From the human T2T-CHM13v2.0 reference genome, Homo sapiens, in assembly GCF_009914755.1 (NCBI RefSeq), contig NC_060928.1: a stretch of DNA of 64,000 bases. One strand, given 5' to 3'. The position numbers and the translations under genes were made by a program. Positions 12,829 to 25,567 of this stretch are shown here, piece after piece. Under the pieces are notes generated by a model. It did no database searches. It saw only the letters and a program-made list of their open reading frames with translations, and had not been told where the DNA came from. Positions within the stretch are counted from its first letter, which is position 1. Each line of letters starts with the position of its first letter.

Positions 12829-13784
12829 TTCTTGTCATTTTTTTAGTGACTTTCCTGAGCTAATTTTAGGTAGTCTGTTTTCTTGTCATGTCAGCCTATT
12901 GAGGACTCTGCTCAGTTAGCTTAATGGCCAGTTAATGATTTGACAGAGGTTTCCTTAAATGATTTGAGCCACTAAGTCTCCCAGACTTTGTTGAGTGGCT
13001 ATGTATGTGTGTGGGGAGGATGCTTGCAATGCTCTAGTAGGCAGTATAAACTCTGCCTTAGCCTCAACTTCTTACTTTCACAGAACCTCAGTGTCAGCTA
13101 GAGATGAGAGACCAGAGCTTTTTCTTGTCTTTTCTGGGCATATGTACAGACCAGTATGTGTGCATGGCCTTCTCTATCCCTCAGGATATGTTTGAGCTTT
13201 GCAAAGCACCTTATGTACATCTTATTTTTAAATTTTTACTTTTAATTTTTCGGTCTTGTTATACACAGCTGGTAACATCACTTCAGGCAGCTACAATGTT
13301 AAACAATTGCCTGGTTTTTTCAGCAAACACTTGGGCTATAACTGTTTGTACAGAGTTAGCTCTGAGTCAGGTCAAATAAAGGCAAGTCCTGTGAATGGAG
13401 TTTCTCTGGCAGGTAAAATAATGACAAATTTTTTTGCAGATGAGGCTTTTTTTTAGAGCTCCAAAAAACGTTCTTACATTTCCACCGGCTGCTAAGCTGC
13501 TGTTTTATAGAGCTCCTATAGTCACAAGCCTTTCAGTTTTCAGGGCTGCTATAGAGCTGGAGATCAGGGTTTGGGAAGAAGGCATGTTAAAACATCACAA
13601 AGCTTGCTTTACTTACAAGATTCAGCCCGTTTTCTTGAATAAACACCCTATGGATTTTCCCAAGCCTTTGGTTAATTTCTAGATCTGAAAAGGTGATTCT
13701 GACAAGTTTTTCCAGCTTTCTTGTTACTTTTATAGATGACCAGCTTTTCAGATGCCATTATTCCACCATTATGGAAGTGCTTCT

Positions 13785-13966
13785 AACTAAATACTTGTTG
13801 TGGAGATCTGTCCTTGTTCATTTTCAGATGTTTAGCAGCATCTTTGGCTTCTACTCATGAGATGTTAGTAACATACCCTGCCCCAGTTATGAAAAACAAA
13901 AATGTCTTCAGATATTGCCAAATGTTTTTTGGGGGAGGCAAAATCACTTCGGATTGAGAATCACTG
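13785..13966 (-). mobile_element. MER20, remainder (split)
   Basis: TTGTTGTGG...GATGTTTAGCAGCATC...AAAAATGTCTTCAGATATTGCCAAATG...GGCAAAATCACTTCGGATTGAGAATCACTG. Confidence 0.9.
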
Positions 13967-13999
13967 AAAACAAGTGATCTCATATGCATTTTCCATAAT

Positions 14000-14552
<553 letters not shown>

Positions 14553-14964
14553 AATGGTAAACATTTTAAATAATTTTGCATTTTTTATTTGTTTAGTGGA
14601 ACTGAAAATTACCAGCCTATTCTAAAAATGTTCGTTTAGCCAAATATGTGAGGTATAGTGTAATAAGCAAGACAATTGCAAATATGAAGAAGATTCTGAG
14701 ACAAGATTCAAAACATAATTTTAATTTCAAGAAGCAGTCAACTTTACCTTTTATTACAATACTCATATAATGATTTACTGGTGTCTGCATATATCTGCAA
14801 GCTGTATCATTAATCTACTTAAAACAACAACAACAAACAAACAAAAACAGAATCTTTTCTTACTGACTGTATTCTGGAACATTTTCAACTTTTGCCTACC
14901 TGTAGTAAGCTTCTGGAATCTTGCTGCTCTCAAGTTTGGGAAATAACTTTTGGGGAAGTACTTG

Positions 14965-15403
14965 TGAGAGAGGAGGAAGGAAGAAATTGGTCGGTCAGGC
15001 AGGCAGTTAGGGTGAGTCCTCATTATAACTTCTTTGAACTAAGGACAGCCTGAAAATCACGCTGCAGGCCCCAGATAAGAAAGAGCCTGTGTTCTTGAAT
15101 GGAAATACCTACTCTGTGAACCCAAGACAGTCGGCAGACCAGTCAGTGTCCTCCTACCCTGTCCCAGTCCATAAAAATTCCTGAACTTAGCCCCATAGCT
15201 CCCAACCTTCTTTCATGTCCCGTCTCCTTGCTGAGAGCTTTTCTGTTGCTTAATAAATTTGATTCTGCCTTACTCTTCCATGTTCATGTGCCTTATTCTT
15301 TTTGGTTGTGGGACAAGAACCCGGAGCTTGCCAGCCATGGGAGTAAAAGAACTGTAACACTCTCTCTCACCCATCGAACAACAGGAGTGAAAAAGCTGCA
15401 ACA
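14965..15403 (+). mobile_element. ERV1 solo LTR (LTR27-like)
   Basis: TG...CA termini (TGAGAGAGGAGG...GCTGCAACA), 4 bp TSD CTTG/CTTC, CATAAAAA box at about 15170 and AATAAA at about 15252. Confidence 0.78.
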
Positions 15404-16589
15404 CTTCCTCTAATAATAATAAGGTAAAATTTTATGATAAAGCTTCACATGAATTATAGGACTCTGGGCTGTATACTTAAACATTCTCATGGCAGTTTTT
15501 GTTTGCTTGTTTTAATTGTTTTTTTCTCCTCTTCCTCTGTATCTCAAAAGCAAAAGACAGAGCCCTGCCAATATTTTAAAAGCTAGAAATTTTTTTATAT
15601 TTTAATGAATATTAGAATCTATAATTATAAACATATTCAAAAATCATATTTGATTATATTCTTCAGAAAAAAGAATAGAAAAATAATTTTTAATATTAGC
15701 ATTATGTGTCATGTTATGGTTATTGATATATTTCATCAATTAAAGTTCAAGGAACATATGCCATTTTCGTATGTGAGAATGCTTTACTCTCTACCACAAA
15801 TAGGGAATGTTCTTTTTATCGCTTCTACATTACTTGGTTAAAAATTCCTTATTTTTTAAATTTTGTATTTTTATTTGTGAGACTATATATTTTATGATTA
15901 ATAAAAAATATCTGTATGTACTTAATATGTATTATTACTATAATTTTAAACACTTCTCACTAAATTTTTGCCTGTAAAATATTGATTATGTTGATATGTG
16001 TTAGTAACAGGTATTTGTTGGTAATATATATTTGAATAATAAGAGAGTTTTACAGGTGTTACAGACAGATTGATGGTTTGAATTTTACAGTTTTATATTT
16101 ATTAATAGTTGCTCTATTTTTTAGAAATTGGCTGGTGGTGTGTGTTTATGATTTTTTAAATTATTTCTGCATTTCATGTCCCTGGAACTGCCTTCTTTTT
16201 AAAAATAAATTTATGTATAATTTCTTCAATTTTTTAAATTTGGCTACTCTATCATTTACATTTTTATTACCGTATATTGTTAGTTCAAAATATGAGATAA
16301 GACATTTTTTCCAAATAATTCTATTGACATATTTTTAATTCTTTTTATTGACTATTCTTCCTTTTCTGGGGCATGATTCCTACCATTCAATATACAATTT
16401 TTTATTTCTTCATTCGAATCTATATGGAAAAGGAGCAATCTATCCCTTTTATTCAGAAATATTAAACTTCTTATGGAATGTCAGTTACTCCATGTGAACT
16501 TTAAAATTAGTTCATTTAGTTTTATAAAACTTCCTATTTTAAATTTAGTGACATTTTAGATAAATTTAGAAAATAACTGTGCAGTGTCT

Positions 16590-16817
16590 ATATTCATCTG
16601 GATGTGCTTGAATCTTTTAACCACCTTTCTTTAGATATGTGAAAGGAACAAGTTAACTCTGCTTGTTCTGTGTCACGATTTTCTTAAATTAGGGATTTCA
16701 TTAACACTTGCCTCATAGGCTTACTGACAGTAATATATGCATTAATTGATGTAAGGCATGAAGTTAAGTTTCTACCATAGAACACAAACTCAATAAATGT
16801 TAGCTATTCTTACTATT
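16590..16817 (+). mobile_element. MIR
   Basis: Core ...ACAAGTTAACT...ACTTGCCTCATAGG... and tail CTCAATAAATGTTAGCTATT. Confidence 0.75.
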
Positions 16818-16973
16818 AAAAATTATTATTAAAATTATTAAAAATTATTGTCACACAAAGTCTTTCTATTTAGTAATATAATCTATCCACATGTTCAAAT
16901 TACTTTTGTCTAAGGAAGGCAAGTAAAGTTTGCAGCTTCTTTTCTAAGAATTCCTGGATAGTTCTCATGACTT

Positions 16974-17161
16974 TTATGCTAATTATTTTATTGTTAATAT
17001 GTGAACCATTAAATATGTGATAAATGTTTAATGGTTCACATATTAACAATAAAATAATAAAATAATAATTAATTAATTCATAAAATACATTCACATATTA
17101 ACAATAAAATAAAATTTTCACATATTTAATGGGTCACATAACAATAAAATCATTAGCATAA
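16974..17161. repeat. AT-rich inverted-repeat cluster (perfect 32 bp arms plus two extra inverted copies)
   Basis: 16982-17013 is the exact reverse complement of 17027-17058; further inverted copies lie at 17090-17112 and 17118-17161. Confidence 0.92.
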
Positions 17162-17357
17162 GAAATTAAAAATAATTAAAATTAAGATAAGTAGCACGTA
17201 TGAAATCAATTTGTTATATATTCCGATACCATTTTCAGAAAAAGAACAAAAGTATTTTAAATTATTTTTAATCTAATAGTTGTTACTTTCTAATGAGAGC
17301 AAATGTACCAGAATTTTCTTCTGTATGAATCTTTTCATTTAATTTTATATCACCTGC

Positions 17358-17764
17358 CGATAGGGTTCGGATATTCATCCCCTCCAAATCTCACGTTGAA
17401 ATGTCATCTCTAGTGTTGATGGTGAGGCCTAGCGATAGTTGTTTGGCTGATGGTGTCAAATCCCTCATGAATGTCTTGATGGCCTCCTAGAGTGAGTTTG
17501 CATTCTGAGTTCACGCAATATCTGGATGTGTAAGAGTGCAGCGCCTCCTCCCTCTCTCTTGCTTCTGCCGTCGCTGTGTGATCCTGCTGGTCCCCCTTTG
17601 CCTTCCTCCATGATTGTTATCTTCTTGAAGCCCCATCAGGAGCACATGCAAGCACCATGCTTCCTATTCGGCCTGCAGAACCGTGAGCCAATTAAACTTA
17701 TTTTCTTTATAAATTACCCAGTTTCAGGTATTCCTTTCTAGCAGTTCAAAAACAAATGAATATA
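17358..17764 (+). mobile_element. MSTB/MSTB1 solo LTR (MaLR)
   Basis: GATAGGGTTCGGATATTCATCCCCTCCAAATCTCACGTTG...GCCTGCAGAACCGTGAGCCAATTAAAC...ATAAATTACCCAG; TSD CCTGC/CCTTC. Confidence 0.9.
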
Positions 17765-18110
17765 CCTTCAAACAATAACGGATGTTTTATCTAATTTTGA
17801 ACATTTCCATCTACCATGTTTTCATATTGAAATTTGTTGGCTAATTCCTCTGCAACAATTTAAGGGGATAATGGATAATAGACCCTCTTGACTAAATTCT
17901 AATGTTTATGAGTATTCATTTGTATTTTATTCTGTGAATGTAATAGCCAATTGTTTGAAATATTTTAACATAATTTTAAGTAAATATTCTCTATGGCAAT
18001 TTAATTGTTTTACAAATTTCTACAACGATTTATTCATACAGTTTTTCGTTTATTTTTTGATGTATTTTGATAGTTTCCAAATTTTATGCTTTGAAATTTG
18101 GGGTAGGAGG

Positions 18111-18325
18111 AGCTAACATGTATTGTGAGCTCACTACACAAGAGGCAATGTTTAAACATGCTATTCATACTCTAGCATGTAATCCTGAGGAACATATAAA
18201 CATAATTTTCTCCATTTTGCTGATGAAGAAACTGAGTCACAGGTAAAATAACTTGCTCATGGTAACATATTAAGTGGTGCAACCAAGATTTGATCTTACA
18301 TAGTTGGATTCTCGGGCCATTATAT
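18111..18325 (-). mobile_element. MIR
   Basis: Antisense core CCATTTTGCTGATGAAGAAACTGAGTCACAGGTAAAATAACTTGCTCATGGTAAC. Confidence 0.82.
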
Positions 18326-19233
18326 TATGAAGTATGTTAAGTGTGAACATTAAGTGTTCATTGTTTCATTCAACAAATGTTTAATAATATATTTTACATT
18401 AATAAGGAATTGTACAATATGCAATTGACACTAAAATGAATGTTTTCATCTTCTTTAATCGTTTAGTTTCTAACAGTTTCACTCTATGAAGTCATCAAGT
18501 CAGATTGTAGGAGAAAAAGAAACGAGACTGAAACTTCCAGGGGAGAGGACCTAGTACCGTCTCTACCTGATTGTTTTCTGTACTGCAGAAATTAGTTGCA
18601 TACACTTCTAATGTTTGGTCATCATGGCTATCTATGTATATGGGTATGTATAAAAAAAAGCCTCTACTGTAAGCCTTTAATAATCAAAAATATTTCAAAG
18701 AATAGACTTTGAAATTTTTGCAACAAAGAACACATGCTTTCATTTTTCTGGTGTGAGAATGAAACCTAAATTGTTTTTTGTGTGTGTGTGTTGGACTAGA
18801 ACAATTGTTGAGTTTATGCTGAAAGTGAAAACATTATTCTACATATAATACTATAATGGTTAAAATTATTTGATTCATGACGCTAAGTATACTTTGATGG
18901 CCTTATATTTTAGTGCCCTGGAATCATATGAGAACACATCATTTTTATGGTAAATTTTAATGCAGTGTGAATTGTTATAGTTACCCTTTAATATTTAGTA
19001 TTGCTATATGCCCTAGTAACTGATTTTCCTTCTTTTTAAAAAACATTTTATCATTTCTTCAAATGATTTCCAGTTCACTGAGTAAGAGATGAATACACAA
19101 CAAATTTTAATCACAACGAATTTTACTCAGGTTGTACAGCTTTCCTTCTTAGCCTTATTTTGTTTCTTAAAATCACCATGCTGATATTTTACTTTTTAAG
19201 AGGATTTTAATGGATGCCCTCTTCCTCTAAGAA

Positions 19234-19415
19234 CAATAACAATAATAGTAGCTAATTTGTAGAGGTTTTCTTATCGATAGCAAAAATACACCAAGAACTT
19301 CACATGTATCACATTTTAACTTCTCACAGTAAGACTGAGATAAATATTATAAGTCAATTTTACAAATGGGAAACAGACATATAGGCAGTAGAAATAACTT
19401 ATCACGGATCAGTGA
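19234..19415 (-). mobile_element. MIR
   Basis: AATAATAGTAGCTAAT...ATTTTACAAATGGGAAACAGACA...TAACTT. Confidence 0.65.
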
Positions 19416-20038
19416 GTATATTAGTCCCAAATTTCTTTCAAACCATTAAAACTTTTTTGTTAATCACTGCACACCTATCTGGTTGTCATTTACCAGCATA
19501 TCAGAAGATTTGTTTTTATTTTAAAACTACAGCGAATGTTATTTTGCTAGGTAACTTTAGAAGGATTATAAATTTGGGAAAATTATTTTGTCCTTTTACT
19601 CAAGGTAATTATTATCTACCCTGGGGTAAAAGCACCACAATATGCTTACAATTTTGAATTAATGCAATATATAAAATATATTTAATTTTCTGCTCTCTCC
19701 CTCTCTTTCCCCTTACCTTATTTGAGTGTTTCTTTAATTTCATTTGGTGCATCATAAATGAGTAAAGTTAAAATGATAACATGCATATATACCTACACAC
19801 ATATGCAACAAATGTTTGGCAAGTAGAAAAAATATTATGGAGTAAACACTAATATTAAAAAATTGAGCAAGAAAATATCTGAGTCAGAGTCAAATACATA
19901 TCTGGGCAGCCGGAACGAGTTACGCCTAAAAATTTTCCTTTAAGATATGAGTGCATTTTGGAAGGAGTAAAAACAAAGGCTTTACACAAAATTTTAAAAC
20001 ACGTGAGTGGAAAGCTAAAGTTAAAATGTACAGATAAG

Positions 20039-20347
20039 GGCCAGGCGCAGTGGCTCACGCCTGTAATCCCAGCACTTTGGGAGGCTGAGGTGGGTGGATT
20101 ACGAGGTCAGGAGGTCGAGACCAGCCTGGGCAACATGGTGAAACCCCGTTTCTACTAAACATAAAAAAAAAAAAAAAAAAAAATAGCCAGGCGTGGTGGC
20201 CTGCGCCTGTGGCGGAGGCAGGAGAATTGTTTGAACCTGGGAGGTGGAGGTTGCAGTGAGCGGAGAACACGCCATTGCACCCCAGCCTGGGCGACGGGGT
20301 GAGACTCTGTCTCAAAAAAGAAAATAAATAAATAAATAAATAAATAA
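20039..20347 (+). mobile_element. AluS (Sg-like) with expanded middle A-tract and ~18 bp right-arm deletion
   Basis: GGCCAGGCGCAGTGGCTCACGCC...GGATTACGAGGTCAGG; CCTGT|GGCGGAGGCAGG lacks AATCCCAGCTACTCGGGA; (AAAT)n tail. Confidence 0.93.
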
Positions 20348-21060
20348 GGACCTTCTTTATAAATATGGTAAATCATTGAGCTTGGAAAGGACAATAAAAA
20401 TTGTTATATCAGAGAGTATGAAATGTGGAAGTAGAATTACATCCAATGGGTAAGAATAATCTGAGTTATGATTTGTAAACATAGGAACCATTTTGAGAAA
20501 AATATTTTGGCAACAGCTTGTAAAATGGATTAGAGTGGGAAGGTTTCAATTTTTCTTAAAGTTTCAAACTCCTCTTTGCCATCATGATAATGTATATTAT
20601 CTTCTTGCCTTGGTCTATTTGGAGAAAATGACTTAAATTTCTTGCATTTTCTGAGTAACCCGGGACTATAAACTGAAGCTCAAAGCACTGCAAATGCAAA
20701 ATAATGAAAAGTTAATGTCACCTTAGAACACTTGTTTTCTATGACAACTATTGAAACACCATAAACAGAATAAAATGAAGAGTTGGTTTCAGCATGTTAA
20801 GTAAACACACTGGTATTTGGTTACAGCTAAAACAGACATTGAAATATTTATTGAATGTTTGCTTCAATAAAAAAATAGAGATTTTGATATAGCTTTGGCC
20901 TAATGGATCTTAACTGTACTCTAAAACATGAATAAATTTCAAAACGGTAAACAAAACATTAATAATTAGGTAAATATATGCTAATAGTTTATTATTGAAC
21001 CTAAGCAATTTTTTTCTCATAAGAACTTACATGGAAATTTATTTTTATTTTAATGTATTT

Positions 21061-22620
21061 ATTTATTTGAAAGAATTATTTTATTTTAATTGACAAATAA
21101 CAATTATGTGTATTATATATTTATGGGGTATAATGCGATGTTTTGATATTTATTTACACTGAGAATGATTACATCAAAATAATTAAGAAATTCATTGCTT
21201 TATATACTTATCATTTTTTGTGGTGATGACCTTTAAATCAACTCTTTTAGTAATTTTAAAATATGCAATACATTATTTGTTACTGTCTCCATAGTGCAAA
21301 ATATGTAACTAAAGACTATTTCTCTTGTCTAAGTAAAATTTTGTCCTCTTTGATCAACATGTTGCCTTTCCCCATCCATCCCCCTGGTGACCAACATTCT
21401 ACTCCCTACTTATAGAAGTTGACTTTTTAAAGTTCCCACATATAATTGAGACCATGTGGTATTTGTCTTTTTCTGTCTGGCTTATTTCACTTAGCATTAT
21501 GTCCTCCAAGTGCATCTGAGTTGTTGCAAATAACAAAATTCTCTCCTTTTTCAGCCTGACTGGTGTTCCATTGCTAATATAGACTACATTTCTTAAATCC
21601 GTTTATCCAATGATGGACACCTAGGTTACTTTCATATTTTACCTACTGTGATTAATGCAATGAACAAGGGAGTGCAGATACCTCTGGCATACTGATTTCA
21701 ATTTTGTTGGATATATATCCATTAGTGGGACTGTTGGATCATGTAATAATTCTGTGTTTGTTTTCTGAGGAAACTTCGTACTGTTTTTCATAATGGCCGT
21801 ATCAATTTATATTGATACATAAACTCCTTTTTCTCCACACCCTTGCTAGCAATTGCTACATTTCATCTTTCTGGAAATAGCCATTCTAAGGGGTGTGAGG
21901 TGATACTTCGCTGTGGTTTTAATTTACATTTCTCTTATGATTAGTGATTGATATGGTTTGGCTGTGTTCCCACCCAAATCTCATCTTGAACTGTAGTTCC
22001 CATCATCCCCACCTGTCATGGGAGGGACCTGGTGGGAGGTAATTGCACCATAGGGGTGGAATTTCCCATGCTATTCTTGTGACAGTGAGTCTCATGAGAT
22101 CCGATGGTTTTATAAAGCACAGTTCCCCTGCACACATTCTCTTGCCTGCCACCATATAATACGTGCCTTTGCTCCTCCTTCACATTATGCCATGATCATG
22201 AGGCCTCCCCAGCCATGTGGAACTGTGAGTCCATTAAACCTCATTTTCTTTATAAATTATCCAGGCTCGGTATGTCTTTATTAGCAGTGTGAGAATAGAC
22301 GAATACAGTGGTTATGAGCATTTTTTAATATAGTGTATCTATTGTCCATTTGTTTTTCTTTTGAGAATGTCTAGCTATGTCCTTAGCTTATTTTTTAATC
22401 GGGTTCATGTTTTCTTGATATTGAGTTGAGTTTCTTATATATTTCGGATATTAGCCCCTTTATCAGATGTATAAATTACAAATATTTTCTCCCAATCAGT
22501 TGGTTGTCTCTTCACTCTTATTTCTTTTGCTGTGCAGAAGCTTTTCAGTTTGATGCAATACCTTGTGTAATGATATTAAACTTTTCTTCCACATCATGTA
22601 CAAAAACCAACTCAAAATAT
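21061..22620 (-). mobile_element. L1MA6-8-like 3' fragment interrupted by a THE1 LTR
   Basis: Antisense 3' end TTTAATTGACAAATAA...TTTATGGGGTATAATGCGATGTTTTG; ORF2 end up to GCTGTGCAGAAGCTTTTCAGTTTGATGCAA. Confidence 0.88.
21949..22307 (+). mobile_element. THE1C-like solo LTR
   Basis: TGATATGGTTTGGCTGTG...CAGTTCCCCTGCACAC...GAATACA; TSD GTGAT/GTGGT. Confidence 0.93.
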
Positions 22621-24354
22621 GTATTTTTTAATAAGTATGCATTTTAAGACATAAAATTGAAAGAAAATCCAGAAGTAATTTAAAAGCTTTTCATAACACT
22701 TAATTGCTTCATGGCAATACAATATTTATTTCATAACTCTTTATAAAAATATGTACTCTTTATAAATATATATTACTTTATGTAATGCACTTTATATTAC
22801 TTTTTATATGCTTAATAAAAATATGAGTATAGAATTATTTTCTTTATCTTTTAGCCTCTGATGGAAAATATTTCTCATAATTAACTCAGCAAAATTAAGG
22901 TTAAAGACACCGTTTCAAATTTTAATCTACTTCCAAATATTTCCAATCTGTCATAAGTAGAAACAATCAAGGTTAGTTAAAGACAAGCATCATCTCTCCT
23001 AACTCAAAACTATAATTCAGGTTATGAGGGAGACCCATTGAGAATGAAATAAAAAAGATGTTTCCCGACAAAAACAAAACAAAACAGCATTCTATTTGTT
23101 CATTTAAAATTTACTTCTACTCATTGTTGCTACTTTCTTGATTTCCAGAACTAAAGTTTCTAGTTTAAATGATCTATAGAGATTGGTTTACGAAAATATT
23201 TGCAGACTTCATTCTCTGTTCAAAAGCATAGTTTGATATAATTCTATCTTGTTTCTGTTTATTGTCATTATTTACTGTGGCAATGATTTCAACCAAATGC
23301 AGCTGAAGAGTTCCCCATTTAATCAGTGGCTTTAGTTTTAGTGTACTAATCACTTTTTAAGAAAGGAAAATAAGATTGTAATAAATAAGTAAACTATTAC
23401 AAGCTAAATATTAAATCTGTAAATGGCAGTAATAGCTTAGAGGAGTCCTGCATAACTCAAAGCAGTGTTAAAGCTTTTTGAGTAAAAATGTTCTTGCATT
23501 AAACTATTCATAAATTGCCTAATTACATAAATGTTACAACTCAAAAATAATAACATTGAATAAATGTAAATAATTAAACATTCTCTGATTCTATATTGTC
23601 CACATTTCATAACTTTTTCTTAAAAATTAAAGGACATTTTGTGAGTAGTAATCCAAATACCAAATTTCAGGTGCCTTAGTAACCATATTCATTTCAAAGT
23701 AGATCTTATATACAATGAAAAGCATAAAATATTAATCAATTTATGGTTATACAAATATTTTAAAAATTACAATAAATGTAAATAGAAATTAATCCATTGC
23801 AAGCTACATGAACATTGATTCATATAAAATATGTATACAGAAACCAGTTTACCATCCAACAGATTTTTCAATTGACATTTCAAATATTTTGGCAGGAAAT
23901 AAAAATTGAAATTAAATGATAATATTAAATCACCTGCTTTCAGTTTGTAATCAAGTAATTTTTCTTTTTAATTAGTGTGCATAAGCTTTTACTTATCAGT
24001 GTAAAAGATTGAAGTGGCTTATTTATAACTAATGTTTTGTTTATTTTTATTTAGTCTGCATTATCACTGGCTATTTTCTGTTTGGCTAATATTAATAGAT
24101 ATAATTTATCAAATATTCTTTTGAATATTACTTGATAGGCCAGAATTTTAAACTATCTAAATAAATACTATAAACAAGTAGTATGTGCAGAAAAAATTCA
24201 AGTTCATTGATTATGAAATTTTCAGTAATTGTGTATTTTTTCTATTACACATAAGGCAATCAGACATCTACTAACATTTGATAAAGGCCATCATGCCCAT
24301 CACCCCAAAATGTTTCATTATTGGTAAATCAAAATTGAATTCTGACTGTAGTAT

Positions 24355-24628
24355 GTGTTTTGTAAAATACTATAATGGTAGACACATGTCATTATATATT
24401 TGTGTAAACTCATAGAATGGACAACACTATTTACTTTGGTCTTTGAATGATAATTATGTCAATGTAGGCTTATTCATTGTAACAAATGTACCACTGTGGT
24501 GGAAGATGTTGATAATGGAAAAGGCTAAGCATGTGTATGAACAGGAGTTATAAGGGAAATCCCTCTACCTTCCTGTCAGTTTTGCTACAACCTAAAACTT
24601 ACATAAAAGTAAATTTTATTTTAGAAAT
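24355..24628 (+). mobile_element. L1MC1-like 3' end
   Basis: ATACTATAATGGTAGACACATGTCATTATA...TGTAACAAATGTACCACT...GATGTTGATAATGG. Confidence 0.85.
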
Positions 24629-25424
24629 ACACTGGATTTCACAAACTGAAAGGAACAGTAGCCGCTGTGTTTGAAAATATTGGTGAATAAAAATATATAA
24701 TCATACAAAGTATCAAAAATAAAAGCACACATAAAAAAGGACTGACAAAACTGCAGAATATCAGGGAGCTGAGAGTTACTTCAAGCAGTCCAATATACAG
24801 ATTATTAGAGTTGTTGAAAAGAAGTAGAGGGAAGGACACAAAATTCTTTAAAGATATTATGTAGAAATATTTCCAAGTGTGACAAAAGCTATAAATCTAT
24901 AAATCCAGCAGTTAAAAATCGCAGGCATGAATAACATGATGAAAAACTAAGTTATAGGACACAATCTAATTAAATTGATTAGAACTGAAAATCTTAAAAA
25001 CAGAGTACATCAAAATTAAAAAACAAAATGAAAAAAAACCCAGCCAAGTTCTCATTAGAAAACAAAATAACAAAATATTTAAATCATTAAAAGAAAATCA
25101 CATCTATCAGCCTGCAATTCAATAATCATCAAAATAGCTCTAAAATAATGGTGATATTAAAAATTTTTCAAACATGCAACAGTTGAAAGAATTCATCACC
25201 ACAGAACTATAAAACAAGAAATTATATAATCACTTCTTCCACCAGAAGAAAAAACATACCAGATGTTAATATGGATATGTAAAAATTATGAATATATGGC
25301 TAAATATGAAATGTTATTCTTATAATTTACATATATTTACAATATACTCAAGAGTTAAAAGTGAAAATAGCAACTATATGTATTATATATATTTTATATA
25401 TATATAGATATATATATATAGAAA

Positions 25425-25567
25425 TTAAACTAACTGTTGAGTACCATGCTCACACCTGGGTGACAGGATCATTTGTATTTTAAACCTCAGTATCGTGCAA
25501 TATGCCCACGTAACAAAATGCACATGTACCCTCCAAATCTAAAGTAAAAGCTGATATTATGAGAAAA
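25425..25567 (+). mobile_element. L1PA15-17-like extreme 3' end
   Basis: GTACCATGCTCACACCTGGGTGACAGGATCATTTGTA...AAACCTCAG...TGCACATGTACCCTCCAAATCTAAA. Confidence 0.82.
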
